Notes: a model not told the origin generated them from the letters alone. Shown: positions 32,215 to 42,108, numbered from the stretch's first letter. The stretch is 64,000 nucleotides of DNA from Rhabdothermincola salaria (GCF_021246445.1 NZ_JAJQXW010000002.1:434001-498000); one strand, 5' to 3'. Translations and numbers: made by a program.

Positions 32215-34500
32215 ATGGCCTCCCGCAGTCGTGCCGCCGATCGCGCCCCCAAGGGCCGCCCCTCCCGGTCGGGTGGGTCCCGAGCGGCGACGAGCAAGCC
32301 CCCCAAGGAGGGCACGTTCGTCTGGCGCTGGCGACGGGCGTGGTTCCTCATGGCGCTGCTGTTCGTCCTGGGGGTCTCCGGCGTCGCCTACCTGTTCACC
32401 CAGGTCCCGCTGCCCGACGACGACCCCGAGCTGTCGCAGACGTCGTTCTTCTGCGCCTCCGACGTCACCACCGACTGCAACGCCGACAACTCGATCGCCC
32501 AGCTCAGCGGGGGCATCGACCGGGTCAACGTCGAGTACGAGGACCTTCCCCAGGTGCTCGTCGATGCCGTGCTGGCCGCCGAGGACAAGGACTTCTACCT
32601 CCACAGCGGGGTGGACCCGGCCGGCATCCTGCGGGCGCTGTGGGCCAACGTGCGCAACCAGGACGTGCAACAGGGCGGGTCCACCATCACCCAGCAGTAC
32701 GTCAAGAACGTGTACCTCACCCAGGAGCGCACCTACACCCGCAAGATCAAGGAGGCGGCCCTGGCCGTCAAGCTCGAGCGGGAGCTGCCCAAGCAGGAGA
32801 TCCTGTTGCGCTACCTCAACACCATCTACTTCGGTCGGGGCGCCTACGGGGTGGAGGCGGCGTCACGCAGCTACTTCGGCAAGCCGGTGCAGCAGCTCAC
32901 CCTCCCCGAGGCCGCCTACCTGGCCGGGCTCATCCGCTCGCCGGAGACGGCCGACGCCAACCGGGGCCCCGACGACCCCGCCGCGCCCGTCCAGGCCGCC
33001 ACCGCCCTGCGCCGTCGCGACTCGGTGCTCGACGCCATGCTCGAGGCCGGTTTCGCCAGCCGGGCCGAGTACGACGCGGCGATGGCCACCGCCCTGGAGA
33101 CGGTGACCCCCCGCCAGGTGCCGACCAACTTCGGGCGGGTGGCCAACCCGGAGTGGGGCACCGAGTACTTCATCGACCACGTCCGCCAGTGGCTGGTCAC
33201 CGAGGGCGGCTTCAGCGACGCCGACGTCTTCGAAGGAGGGCTGAGGGTCTACACCACCCTCGACCTCGACATGCAGCGAGCGGCCCACGAGGCGGTCGTC
33301 TCCACCCTCGGCCAGCCCGACGATCCGTCGGCGGCGCTGGTCGCCATCGACGACGTCGGGGCGGTCTCGGCCATGTTCTCGGGCACCGACTTCGCCAACG
33401 AGAAGGTGAACCTGGCCACGGGCACGTTGGGCGGCGGCGGTGGGCGCCAGCCCGGTTCGTCGTTCAAGACCTTCGCCCTGGCCGAGGCGGTCGCCCAGGG
33501 AATCCCACTCAACAAGACCTACGACGCCCCGGCCAAGCTGGTGATCCCCGAGGCCAACGACGGCGAGGACTGGGAGGTCGGCAACTACGCCGACGCTGGC
33601 CTCGGCACCCTCGACCTGGTGTCGGCGACGGCCAAGTCCTCCAACACCGCCTACGCCCAGCTCATGTTGGAGGTCGGGCCGCAGAACGTGGTCGCCCTGG
33701 CCAAGCGCATGGGCATCACGGCGGCGATCGACGCCTATCCGGCCACCGTGCTCGGCACCGAAGAGGTGTCGGTGCTCGACATGGCGTCCGCCTACTCGAC
33801 CTTCGCCGACGGCGGCGTCCACATCGACCCCTACGTGGTGACCCGGGTGACCGACGCCTCGGGTCGGGTGCTCTACGAGAACGAGGTCCAACGCGATCAG
33901 ATCCTCGACCAGGCCCAGGTCGAGCAGGTCAACTGGGCGCTGCACCAGGTGGTGGAGGGGGGCACGGGCACGGCGGCGAAGTACGACCAGCCGGCCGCCG
34001 GCAAGACCGGTACCACCGACAACTACCGCGACGCCTGGTTCGTCGGCTACACGTGTCGTCTCACCGCCGCGGTCTGGATGGGCTATCCCGGTGTCGACGA
34101 GAACGGCAACGACCGCCTGATGGAGAACGTCCGGGGTCGCGACGTCACCGGCGGGTCGTTCCCGGCCGAGATCTGGCGCAAGTTCATGGTCGAGGCCACC
34201 CGCGACAAGGACGCGTGCGAGTTCACCCAGCCCGACCTGGCCCCGTTCGTCGACGACGAGGCGGAGGAGGAGCCAGTCGACACGACCGAGCCTCCGCCGA
34301 CCACCGCTCCGGAGACGACGCTGCCGCCCACGACGGCCCCGCCCACGACGGCGCCACCCACCACCGCCCCGCCGACGACCCCACCCCCCACCACGGTCCC
34401 GCCGACCACCGCGCCGCCCACGACCGCCCCACCGGGCACCGGTGGGGCCGGAGGCGCCGGTGGGGGCAACGGGAGCAACGGCGCCGACGAGCGGGGCTGA
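32215..34500 (+). CDS. class A penicillin-binding protein (transglycosylase/transpeptidase)
   Basis: EDKDFY.H.G, GGSTITQQYVKN, RKIKE, YLNTIYFG, SSFK, SSN, KTGT motifs. Confidence 0.95.
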   Translation: MASRSRAADRAPKGRPSRSGGSRAATSKPPKEGTFVWRWRRAWFLMALLFVLGVSGVAYLFTQVPLPDDDPELSQTSFFCASDVTTDCNADNSIAQLSGGIDRVNVEYEDLPQVLVDAVLAAEDKDFYLHSGVDPAGILRALWANVRNQDVQQGGSTITQQYVKNVYLTQERTYTRKIKEAALAVKLERELPKQEILLRYLNTIYFGRGAYGVEAASRSYFGKPVQQLTLPEAAYLAGLIRSPETADANRGPDDPAAPVQAATALRRRDSVLDAMLEAGFASRAEYDAAMATALETVTPRQVPTNFGRVANPEWGTEYFIDHVRQWLVTEGGFSDADVFEGGLRVYTTLDLDMQRAAHEAVVSTLGQPDDPSAALVAIDDVGAVSAMFSGTDFANEKVNLATGTLGGGGGRQPGSSFKTFALAEAVAQGIPLNKTYDAPAKLVIPEANDGEDWEVGNYADAGLGTLDLVSATAKSSNTAYAQLMLEVGPQNVVALAKRMGITAAIDAYPATVLGTEEVSVLDMASAYSTFADGGVHIDPYVVTRVTDASGRVLYENEVQRDQILDQAQVEQVNWALHQVVEGGTGTAAKYDQPAAGKTGTTDNYRDAWFVGYTCRLTAAVWMGYPGVDENGNDRLMENVRGRDVTGGSFPAEIWRKFMVEATRDKDACEFTQPDLAPFVDDEAEEEPVDTTEPPPTTAPETTLPPTTAPPTTAPPTTAPPTTPPPTTVPPTTAPPTTAPPGTGGAGGAGGGNGSNGADERG
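34282..34434 (+). repeat. coding TTxPP tandem repeat in PBP C-terminus
   Basis: About ten TT(A/V/L/E/P)P(P) units with synonymous variation. Confidence 0.8.
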
Positions 34501-34652
34501 CCCGGGCCTGACCCGGGCCTGACAGGGGGTCGAGGCCCGCCGGTCATCCGTCACCTCGGGACCCGCGGCTCTGGCGGTCGGGCCCATGGCGTGGGTAGCG
34601 TTCGTCTCACCGCCGGCAGCCGAGGGGCGCCGGACGGCTCGAGGAGGCTCCG

Positions 34653-35516
34653 ATGAGCGCACGCACCACCGTGCCCTCCGTGCAGGCCCGCAAGGCCCGA
34701 CGGGGTGCCCAACCGCTGGTGATGGTGACGGCCTACGACGCCCCGGGGGCGCGGATGGCCGACGAAGCGGGGGTCGACATGATCCTCGTCGGCGACTCGC
34801 TCGCCATGGTGGTGCTCGGCTACGACGACACGCTGTCGGTGACCACCGAGGACATGGCCCACCACACCGCGGCGGTGGCCAGGGCCCGACCGGCCCCGCT
34901 CATCGTGGCCGACCTGCCCTGGATGAGCTACCACGTGTCCACCGAGGACACGGTGCGCAACGCCGCCACCCTGGTGCGGGCCGGGGCCCAGGCCGTGAAG
35001 CTGGAGGGCGGGCGCAAGCGGGTGCCGATGATCGAGGCCCTGGTCGACGCCGAGATCCCGGTGATGGGCCACGTCGGCCTCACCCCGCAGTCGGTCAACG
35101 CCATGGGCGGGTTCAAGGTCCAGGGGCGCGAGCACGCCGCCGCCCTGGCGCTGGTCGACGACGCCAAGGCGTTGGCCCACGCCGGGTGCTTCGCCGTCGT
35201 GCTCGAGGGCATGCCCGACGAGGTGGCCCGCATGGTCACGGACGCCGTCGACGTCCCCACGATCGGCATCGGGGCCGGTTCGGCCTGCGATGGCCAGGTG
35301 CTGGTGCTGCACGACGTCTTGGGCATCGAGGACCGCATCACCCCCAAGTTCGTGCGCCGGTACGCCTCGCTGAAGTCCGATGCGGTCGAGGCCCTGCAGG
35401 CCTACGCCGCCGATGTGCGCGCCGGGCGGTTCCCCGGACCGGACGAGAGCTACCACCTGTCGGCGGAGGCCTCCGAGGCGCTCGGGCTCTACGGGAGCAC
35501 GGCGCACACGGCGTGA
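34653..35516 (+). CDS. panB: 3-methyl-2-oxobutanoate hydroxymethyltransferase
   Basis: MVTAYD, LVGDSL, VKLEGG, MGHVGLTPQS, IGIGAG..CDGQVLV. Confidence 0.96.
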   Translation: MSARTTVPSVQARKARRGAQPLVMVTAYDAPGARMADEAGVDMILVGDSLAMVVLGYDDTLSVTTEDMAHHTAAVARARPAPLIVADLPWMSYHVSTEDTVRNAATLVRAGAQAVKLEGGRKRVPMIEALVDAEIPVMGHVGLTPQSVNAMGGFKVQGREHAAALALVDDAKALAHAGCFAVVLEGMPDEVARMVTDAVDVPTIGIGAGSACDGQVLVLHDVLGIEDRITPKFVRRYASLKSDAVEALQAYAADVRAGRFPGPDESYHLSAEASEALGLYGSTAHTA

Positions 35517-36088
35517 CGGCGCGACGGCCCGGTGTGGCTCGGGTGGCGAGCGGCGCGCTCGTGGCGCTGGCCGTCGTGGCCTCGGGGTGCTCTGACGGCA
35601 GCCCCGACGCGACTCCCCTCGTTCCCGCCGATGGCACGAACACCTCCACGACCCTCGTGGCCGAACCGGGCCTGGTGGCGCCGGTGGGCTACACGGCGGT
35701 CACCGTCGTCGTCACCCAGCCCGACGGTTCCGTACAGGAGTGGTGCCTCTGGCTGGCCGACGAGTCCGCCGAGCGCTCCCGGGGGCTGATGAACGTCACC
35801 GATCCCGACCTCGGTGGCAAGGCCGGCATGGTGTTCACCTACGAGACGGACACCTCCAACGGCTACTGGATGCGCGACACGCCGCTGCCGCTCACCATCG
35901 CCTACGTCGCCGCCGACGGATCGGTGGTGTCCACCGCGGACATGGAGCCCTGCCCCGAGGACGCCGAGACGTGTCCGTCCTACCCTCCCGACGGGCCCTA
36001 CCGCTACGCGGTGGAGGTGCCCCAGGGTCGCCTCGACGACCTCGGGATCGTCGACGGCAGCCGGGTGACGCTGGGCGACGCCTGCTGA
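35513..36088 (+). CDS. DUF192 family lipoprotein
   Basis: Lipobox-like VASGC, ERSRGLM, GMVF, WMRDTPLPLTIAY, YAVEV. GTGA overlap with panB. Confidence 0.85.
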   Translation: MTARRPGVARVASGALVALAVVASGCSDGSPDATPLVPADGTNTSTTLVAEPGLVAPVGYTAVTVVVTQPDGSVQEWCLWLADESAERSRGLMNVTDPDLGGKAGMVFTYETDTSNGYWMRDTPLPLTIAYVAADGSVVSTADMEPCPEDAETCPSYPPDGPYRYAVEVPQGRLDDLGIVDGSRVTLGDAC

Positions 36089-36191
36089 GCACGTGTGGCG
36101 AGCCGCTGTCACAGGGGCCGGCCAGACTGGTCGACGATGGCGTGCTCTTGGGGATTGCGGTCCGCGTCCGATAGGGTCGCCCGGTCCAATG

Positions 36192-36258
36192 AAGCCCTGC
36201 CCCGTGCTGACGGGGCCCCGGTGGCCGCGAGGTCGGCCACGGGTCCGTAGGGAGGTGA
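36192..36258 (+). promoter_or_regulatory. putative rpsF leader (S6:S18 autoregulatory structure)
   Basis: CCCTGCCC anti-SD-like stretch, then a nested hairpin ACGGGGCCCC-GTGGCCG..CGGCCAC-GGGTCCGT directly before the GGGAGGTGA SD. Confidence 0.45.
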
Positions 36259-36266
36259 TGCTCGCC

Positions 36267-36608
36267 GTGCGAGCCTACGAACTCATGATCATCTTTGACG
36301 GCGATCTCGACGACGCCGGGGTGTCCGAGCAGCTCAAGCTCGTCACCGCCGCAGTCGAGGCCGGAGGAGGCACCGTCGCCAAGCGCGACATGTGGGGCCG
36401 CCGCCGCTTCGCCTACGAGATCAACCACAAGTGGGAAGGCGTCTACGTCGTCCTCGAGATCGTGACCGAAGGTCGCGATCTGCACGAGGTCGAGCGTCAG
36501 CTCCATCTCGCGGACCCTGTGGTCCGCCACAAGGCACTCCGCCTGCCCGAACGCGAAGCGACCCGCCGAGGTCTGCTGGGCGAGGCGGCGCCGGCCGAGG
36601 CCGGCTGA
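36267..36608 (+). CDS. rpsF: 30S ribosomal protein S6
   Basis: RAYELMIIFD, WGRRRFAYEI, EGVY, VVRH. Confidence 0.95.
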   Translation: MRAYELMIIFDGDLDDAGVSEQLKLVTAAVEAGGGTVAKRDMWGRRRFAYEINHKWEGVYVVLEIVTEGRDLHEVERQLHLADPVVRHKALRLPEREATRRGLLGEAAPAEAG

Positions 36609-36625
36609 CCCAGGAGGCACTTTCC

Positions 36626-37087
36626 ATGGCAGATGCAAACGTCACGATGGTGGGCAACTGCACCCGAGACCCGGAGCTGCGGTTCACCGCCTCGGGGATG
36701 CAGGTCACCACCATGGGCCTGGCGGTCAACCACCGTCGCCAGAACCGCCAGAGCGGTGAGTGGACCGAGGAGACGTCGTTCGTCGACGTCACCTGCTTCG
36801 GTCAGATGGCCGAGAACGTGGCCGAGACCTGTACCAAGGGCAGCCGGGTGCTCGTCACCGGGCGCCTCTCGGTGCGCACCTACGAAAAGCGCGACGGTGG
36901 CACCGGTGTCGCCGTCGAGGTCGTCGCCGACGAGATCGGCCCCAGCCTGCGCTGGGCGACCGCACAGATCACGAGGAACGAGCGCCGCGAGGGCGGCTAC
37001 GACAGCGGCGGGGCCGGCGGTGGCGCCCCCCGGGCGCAGTCGGCAGCCCCTGCCGGCGGGTACGACACGGACGAGGAGCCGTTCTGA
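36626..37087 (+). CDS. ssb: single-stranded DNA-binding protein
   Basis: [39 protein letters not shown]-terminal EEPF. Confidence 0.97.
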   Translation: MADANVTMVGNCTRDPELRFTASGMQVTTMGLAVNHRRQNRQSGEWTEETSFVDVTCFGQMAENVAETCTKGSRVLVTGRLSVRTYEKRDGGTGVAVEVVADEIGPSLRWATAQITRNERREGGYDSGGAGGGAPRAQSAAPAGGYDTDEEPF

Positions 37088-37542
37088 TGGCCAAGGCATC
37101 AGCACCGAAGCGCGGCAAGAACAAGGACAACGCGCGTCGCAGCAAGAAGAAGATCAGCGTCCTGACTCAGGAGAAGGTCGAGTACGTCGACTACAAGGAC
37201 GTGAACCTGCTGCGCCGGTTCATGTCCGACCGGGCCAAGATCCGGGCTCGTCGCGTCACCGGCAACGACTCCCAGCAGCAGCGCGAGATCGCTCGGGCCA
37301 TCAAGAACGCCCGAGAGATGGCGTTGCTGCCCTACGCCAGCCGGGTGACCACCCAGCGCGGCGGGGGACGTGACCGTGGGGACCGCGGCGATCGTGGCGA
37401 CCGCGGTGATCGTGGCGACCGCGGCGACCGCGGGCCCCGTCCCGAGGCGACCACCGCCCCGACCGACACCGAGAACACCGCGCCCGAGGCCACCGAGGCC
37501 GAGGTCGTCGAGGTGGAGGCCACCGAGGAGGTGTCCGAGTGA
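37087..37542 (+). CDS. rpsR: 30S ribosomal protein S18 with C-terminal extension
   Basis: [39 protein letters not shown]. Confidence 0.95.
   Translation: MAKASAPKRGKNKDNARRSKKKISVLTQEKVEYVDYKDVNLLRRFMSDRAKIRARRVTGNDSQQQREIARAIKNAREMALLPYASRVTTQRGGGRDRGDRGDRGDRGDRGDRGDRGPRPEATTAPTDTENTAPEATEAEVVEVEATEEVSE
37372..37434 (+). repeat. 9-bp coding tandem repeat x7 encoding (Asp-Arg-Gly)7
   Basis: GAY CGY GGN units at 37372-37434. Confidence 0.9.
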
Positions 37543-37985
37543 AGCTGCTCATGCGCTCCGACGTCCAGGGCGTGGGCAAGAAGGGCGACCTCGTCGAGGT
37601 GGCCGACGGCTTCGCCCGCAACTACCTGGTGCCCAAGGGCTTCGCGGTGGCGGCCACCCCCGGGGTGGAGGCCCAGGCCTCGGCCATGCGGCGGTCCCGT
37701 GATCTCAAGGACGCCGCCGAGCGGGCCTCCGCCGAGGAGATCGCCAAGACCCTCGTGCCCGCCATCATCACCCTCACCGAGCGAGCTTCGGGCGAGGGCA
37801 AGCTGTTCGGCTCCGTCTCCGTCCACGATCTGGTGATCGCGGTGGGCGAGCAGACGGCGGTCGAGCTCGAGCGTCGCCACATCCTGCTCGAGGAGCCGCT
37901 GAAGACGGTCGGCACCCATGCCGTGCCGGTCAAGCTCCACAGCGATGTGCAGTTCCAGATCACCGTGGAGGTCGTCGCCTCCTAG
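37539..37985 (+). CDS. rplI: 50S ribosomal protein L9
   Basis: [35 protein letters not shown]. Confidence 0.96.
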   Translation: MKLLMRSDVQGVGKKGDLVEVADGFARNYLVPKGFAVAATPGVEAQASAMRRSRDLKDAAERASAEEIAKTLVPAIITLTERASGEGKLFGSVSVHDLVIAVGEQTAVELERRHILLEEPLKTVGTHAVPVKLHSDVQFQITVEVVAS

Positions 37986-38009
37986 GCGTCGATCCCTCTT
38001 CGGAACGTG

Positions 38010-38040
38010 GCGAAGGACCGGCCCGAGGCCGGTCCTTCGT
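38010..38040 (+). terminator. hairpin terminator after rplI
   Basis: GCGAAGGACCGGCC / GGCCGGTCCTTCGT stem with a 3-nt loop. Confidence 0.75.
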
Positions 38041-38125
38041 CGTTGCGCCGGGGCGTGACGCCCGTCACGTTTAGTGCTGATCAGCGCCGGTCGGTCAGCA
38101 TCGGTGCAGATCCGAACAGCAGCAC

Positions 38126-38316
38126 TTCTCCACAGTGGGCGTCACTGTTTGAGCCGGTTCAGTGTCGCAGCCCCTGCGTAGCGTTCCCCCATATGGGACT
38201 AGGGCTCGGCTCGAGTGGCCTTGCCGCTCGCAACTCACAACCGGGCCGGGTTGTCCACACACCGTCCACAGGGGGATCGGTGGAAATTCCCAGGGTTGTC
38301 CGTCTATCGCTGCACA
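38126..38316. promoter_or_regulatory. DnaA-box cluster upstream of dnaB
   Basis: TTCTCCACA 38126-38134, perfect TTGTCCACA 38251-38259, CCGTCCACA 38262-38270, weaker copies near 38279 and 38308. Confidence 0.65.
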
Positions 38317-38343
38317 GGGCGAATGCGAGAGTGTGTCGAGGCC

Positions 38344-40992
38344 ATGACCTTCCCCGATGACGAGAGCCGTGCCCCCCGATCCGGTGGGGCGACGCGGGTC
38401 CCACCGCACAACCTCCAGGCCGAGGAGTCCCTCCTCGGGGCGATGCTGCTCTCCAAGGAGGCCATCGCCGTGGCCTCGGAGATCCTCGAGCCCGAGAACT
38501 TCTACAAGCCCGCCCACGGCCACATCTTCGAGGCCGTCACCTCGCTCAGCGCCGCTGGCGAACCGGCCGACCCCGTCACCGTGGCCGAGGAGCTGCGTCG
38601 CGCCGGCCTTCTCGACGCCATCGGCGGCCCCGCCACGCTGGTCACGCTGCAGGGCGCCACCCCGGCCATCTCAAATGCCAGCCGCTACGCCAAGATCGTC
38701 GAGGAGCATGCGCTGCTGCGCCGCCTCATCGGCGTCGCCGGCGAGATCGCCGAGATGGGCTACAGCCTGCCCGACGACGTGACCAAGACGGTCGACTCCG
38801 CCGAGTCGCTGGTCTTCGAGGTCGCCCAGCGCCGAGTCACCGACTCCATGGCGCCCATCCACGACCTGCTCAACGCCAACCTCGACCGTCTCGAGAGCCT
38901 GTACGACAAGGGCGACTCCATCACCGGTGTCCCCACGGGCTTCCTCGACCTCGACGAGCTGCTGTCGGGCCTGCAGCCCAACGCGCTCGTCGTGCTCGGG
39001 GCCCGTCCGTCCATGGGCAAGACCGCCTTCGGCCTGGGCCTGGCCACCCACGCCGCCATCGAGGCCAACCGGCCGGTGCTGCTGTTCAGCCTCGAGATGG
39101 GCCAGCTCGAGCTCACCCAGCGCATGTTGTGCTCCGAGGCCCGGGTCGACTCCAAACGGGTGCGCAACGGCAACCTCACCGAGGCCGACTGGGGCAAGAT
39201 CGCCCATGCCACCGGCCGTCTGGCCGAAGCGCCGATCTGGATCGACGACAACCCCAACCTCACCATCATGGAGATCCGGTCCAAGGCCCGCCGCCTCAAG
39301 AGCCGGCTGGGTGATCTGGGCCTGGTGGTGGTCGACTACCTGCAGCTGATGACGGGTCGGTCGAGCGCCGAGAACCGCCAGGTGGAGGTGTCGGAGATCT
39401 CCCGTGGCCTCAAGATCCTCGCCCGCGAGCTCGAGTGCCCGGTGCTGGCCATGTCCCAGCTCTCGCGTGGCCTCGAGATGCGAGCCGACAAGCGCCCCAT
39501 GCTGGCCGACCTCCGCGAGAGCGGTTGCCTCACCGCCGACACCCTCATCACCCGCGCCGACACCGGTGCGCAGGTCCCCATCGGCGAACTCCTTCAGACC
39601 GGCGCCACCGACGTTCCGGTGTGGACCCTCGACGAGCACTACAAGCTCGTCCCCGGTGTGATGAGCCATGTCTTCGCGAGCGGCGTCAAGGAGACCTACG
39701 AGCTCAGGCTGCGGTCTGGGCGGTCCGTCAAGGCCAGCGGGAACCACCCGTTCATGCGGTTGGGTGGTTGGACACCGCTCGATGCTCTCGTCGTCGGTGA
39801 CCGCGTCGCCGTCCCGCGGTCGCTCCCCACACCACTCGCCACCACTCGGTGGGACGACGAGCACCTCATCATGTTGGGCCACATGCTCGGCGACGGGTCG
39901 CACGTCGAGCGGCACAGCCTGCAGTACACGACCGTCGACCCCGAGAACGTCGAGGCGGTGCTCGCCGCCGCCTCGGTGTTCGACGTGACTCCCCGGGTCG
40001 TTCACGAGCGGACCTGGATCCAGGTATACCTGTCCGCCACGAAGCGCCTGACCCACGGCGTCAGTAATCCGATCGCCGTCTGGCTCGACGAACTCGGACT
40101 GTGGAACAAGCGTTCGTGGGAGAAGTTCGTGCCGGACGAGATCTTCGCCCTGCCGGACGACCAGATCGCGCTCTTCCTCCATCATCTCTGGGCAACCGAC
40201 GGTTGCGTCTGGTCCGATGTACAACGGCGACGGGCGCCGGTGGTCTACTACGCCACCACGAGCCGGCGTTTGGCCACCGATGTGCAGACCCTCTTGCTGC
40301 GTTTGGGAATCAGAGGTCGGGTGCGGTCCGTGGCCCAGGGGCCGCACCGCCTCGGCTACCACGTGATCGTGCAGGGAGCCGCCGACCAATGCCGCTTCGC
40401 AGAGGTGGTCGGGGTGCATGGCGAGAGAGCCCGGCATCTGACCCCGTTGCGTGAATGGCACGCGAGCCGACGTCCGAACACAAACCTCGATGCCGTTCCT
40501 GCTGATGTCTGGGACCACGTTCGGCACAAGTCGATGCCGGAGCACGGCGTGTCGTCCAGGGAGCTGGCGCGCCGGCTCGACATGGCCTACTGCGGTTCGA
40601 CGCTCTACCTCCATGGTGTCTCTCGTGATCGCATGCAGCGGCTCTCGGCGGCTCTGCCCGAGGACCAGTGGATCGCTGATCTCGCCGCCTCCGATGTCTT
40701 CTGGGACGAGGTGGTCGACATCGTGCCGCTCGGCCCGCAGCCGGTCTTCGACGCGACGGTCGACGGTACCCACAACTTCCTGGCCGACGGAATCATCGTC
40801 CACAACAGCATCGAGCAGGATGCGGACGTGGTGATGTTCATCTATCGCGACGACGTCTACAACCCCGACTCACCCGATCGGGGCACGGCCGAGATCCTCG
40901 TGTCGAAACACCGCAACGGTCCCACCGGCATGGTCCGTCTGGCGTTCCTCGATCACTACACCAAGTTCGCCAACATGGCTCGCGGCGCGTAG
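38344..40992 (+). CDS. dnaB: replicative DNA helicase DnaB (intein-containing precursor, 882 aa; 455 aa spliced)
   Basis: PPHNLQAEESLLG, GARPSMGKT, FSLEM, VDYLQLM, SQLSR, LRESG|SIEQDAD, KHRNGPTG. Confidence 0.97.
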   Translation: MTFPDDESRAPRSGGATRVPPHNLQAEESLLGAMLLSKEAIAVASEILEPENFYKPAHGHIFEAVTSLSAAGEPADPVTVAEELRRAGLLDAIGGPATLVTLQGATPAISNASRYAKIVEEHALLRRLIGVAGEIAEMGYSLPDDVTKTVDSAESLVFEVAQRRVTDSMAPIHDLLNANLDRLESLYDKGDSITGVPTGFLDLDELLSGLQPNALVVLGARPSMGKTAFGLGLATHAAIEANRPVLLFSLEMGQLELTQRMLCSEARVDSKRVRNGNLTEADWGKIAHATGRLAEAPIWIDDNPNLTIMEIRSKARRLKSRLGDLGLVVVDYLQLMTGRSSAENRQVEVSEISRGLKILARELECPVLAMSQLSRGLEMRADKRPMLADLRESGCLTADTLITRADTGAQVPIGELLQTGATDVPVWTLDEHYKLVPGVMSHVFASGVKETYELRLRSGRSVKASGNHPFMRLGGWTPLDALVVGDRVAVPRSLPTPLATTRWDDEHLIMLGHMLGDGSHVERHSLQYTTVDPENVEAVLAAASVFDVTPRVVHERTWIQVYLSATKRLTHGVSNPIAVWLDELGLWNKRSWEKFVPDEIFALPDDQIALFLHHLWATDGCVWSDVQRRRAPVVYYATTSRRLATDVQTLLLRLGIRGRVRSVAQGPHRLGYHVIVQGAADQCRFAEVVGVHGERARHLTPLREWHASRRPNTNLDAVPADVWDHVRHKSMPEHGVSSRELARRLDMAYCGSTLYLHGVSRDRMQRLSAALPEDQWIADLAASDVFWDEVVDIVPLGPQPVFDATVDGTHNFLADGIIVHNSIEQDADVVMFIYRDDVYNPDSPDRGTAEILVSKHRNGPTGMVRLAFLDHYTKFANMARGA
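39526..40806 (+). mobile_element. intein with LAGLIDADG homing endonuclease (427 aa) in dnaB
   Basis: Begins CLTADT after RESG and ends THNFLADGIIVHN before Ser. Block B SGNHPF, LAGLIDADG-like LGHMLGDGS and FLHHLWATDG. Confidence 0.96.
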
Positions 40993-41110
40993 CACCCCCC
41001 GGTTATCGGGGGACAGGCGACCCGCGAAACTCCTTCGTCGAGCGGGCACATGCTGGTCAGACTGGCCGGGTGACGACCTCTCCTCCGACGACGGGCGGCC
41101 CCGAGCCCGT

Positions 41111-41434
41111 TCAGGGCGCGGCGGGAGCGTGCACGGCGAGCCACGACGTGCCGGGCTCGGTCTCGTGCAGCACGTGAGGGGTGGCGGCCGGGATGGTGAC
41201 CCAGTCGCCCGCCGCCAGGTCGAGCACCTCGCCGGCGATCTCGAGGCGGGCGGAACCGGTGAGCACCACCACCCACTCGTCGGCGTCGGACACGAAGCGC
41301 TCGGCGCGTTCGAGGTGGCCGCTGAGGATGTGCTCCACGCGGACGGCCCCCAGGTGGGCGAGCACATGGTGTGTCTCGCCCACGCCGGGGGCCTGTCGCC
41401 CGTCTTCGAGTCGCCCCCGGCGCACGTCAGCCAT
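41111..41434 (-). CDS. cupin domain protein
   Basis: VRVEHILS, DEWVVVLTGSA, GDWVTIPAATPH, WLAVH. Confidence 0.85.
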   Translation of the reverse strand: MADVRRGRLEDGRQAPGVGETHHVLAHLGAVRVEHILSGHLERAERFVSDADEWVVVLTGSARLEIAGEVLDLAAGDWVTIPAATPHVLHETEPGTSWLAVHAPAAP

Positions 41435-41455
41435 GGTGCCGGGTACCGGTCGGGA

Positions 41456-41920
41456 CTACTCCTGGACGCAGCTGGTGAGAGCCTCGAGGAACGCGGGGGG
41501 CGGCTCGTCGCTGTCGAGGGCGGTGATGAACTCGCCCATGTCGACGTCCTCGAAGGCGTCTCGCAGGCAGTCGGCATCGACGGTGCCCCCGCTCGCCTCG
41601 ATGTCCTCGATGATCGAGTCGACGAAGTCGTCGGGGTCGATGCAGTTGAACATGTCGCCGACCGCGCCCATGAGCTCGCTCGGGGGCTCTTCGTCACCCT
41701 CGACGGTGGCTGCCAGGGCGGCGGCATCCTCGTCGGGGAGGTCGGCGGCGACGTCCTCGACGCAGCTCTCGTCGATGCCGAAGCCCTCCTCCTCGGCGCT
41801 GGCCATCAGCGCGTCGACGACCTCTTGCTGGTCGTCGCTGAGGCTGGCGCCACCATCGTCACTCCCGCACGCGCCGAGGAACAGCGCGGCGGCCGCCGCC
41901 AGGACTAGGAACTTGCGCAT
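41456..41920 (-). CDS. acidic Cys-containing lipoprotein, paralog 1
   Basis: MRKFLVLAAAAALFLGAC lipobox, Asp/Glu-rich helical mature part. Confidence 0.8.
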   Translation of the reverse strand: MRKFLVLAAAAALFLGACGSDDGGASLSDDQQEVVDALMASAEEEGFGIDESCVEDVAADLPDEDAAALAATVEGDEEPPSELMGAVGDMFNCIDPDDFVDSIIEDIEASGGTVDADCLRDAFEDVDMGEFITALDSDEPPPAFLEALTSCVQE

Positions 41921-42108
41921 CGAGACCCTCCGGTCCACTCGTGTGAAGCTCGCAGGCTAGGCCCTCCCGCCGGCCGCCCGTCGAGAGAGCCCGGCCGGCA
42001 TCCCTCCCGAGTGCTCGGTGCCACCTGAACCCTGGGGACCGTCGGCTGATCGGTCGGGCCGAACTGGTCCGTCGCGCACGGCGATCTCGGCCGAGATCGC
42101 AGGGGCTG

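Noticed and set aside
31012..32670. 552-aa ORF and the 412-aa ORF 30973-32211
   Set aside because: Over-extensions of the methyltransferase (start 31722) and DUF5318 (start 31813) into each other's antisense strand.
34282..37434. Tandem repeats (TTAPP, DRG) as a possible CRISPR array or mobile repeat
   Set aside because: They are in-frame coding repeats with synonymous variation, no unique spacers and no cas genes.
38193..38360. Possible leader ORF (MGLGLGSS...) upstream of dnaB
   Set aside because: Atypical codons (CTA, CTT, TCA) and it overlaps the DnaA boxes; better explained as regulatory DNA.
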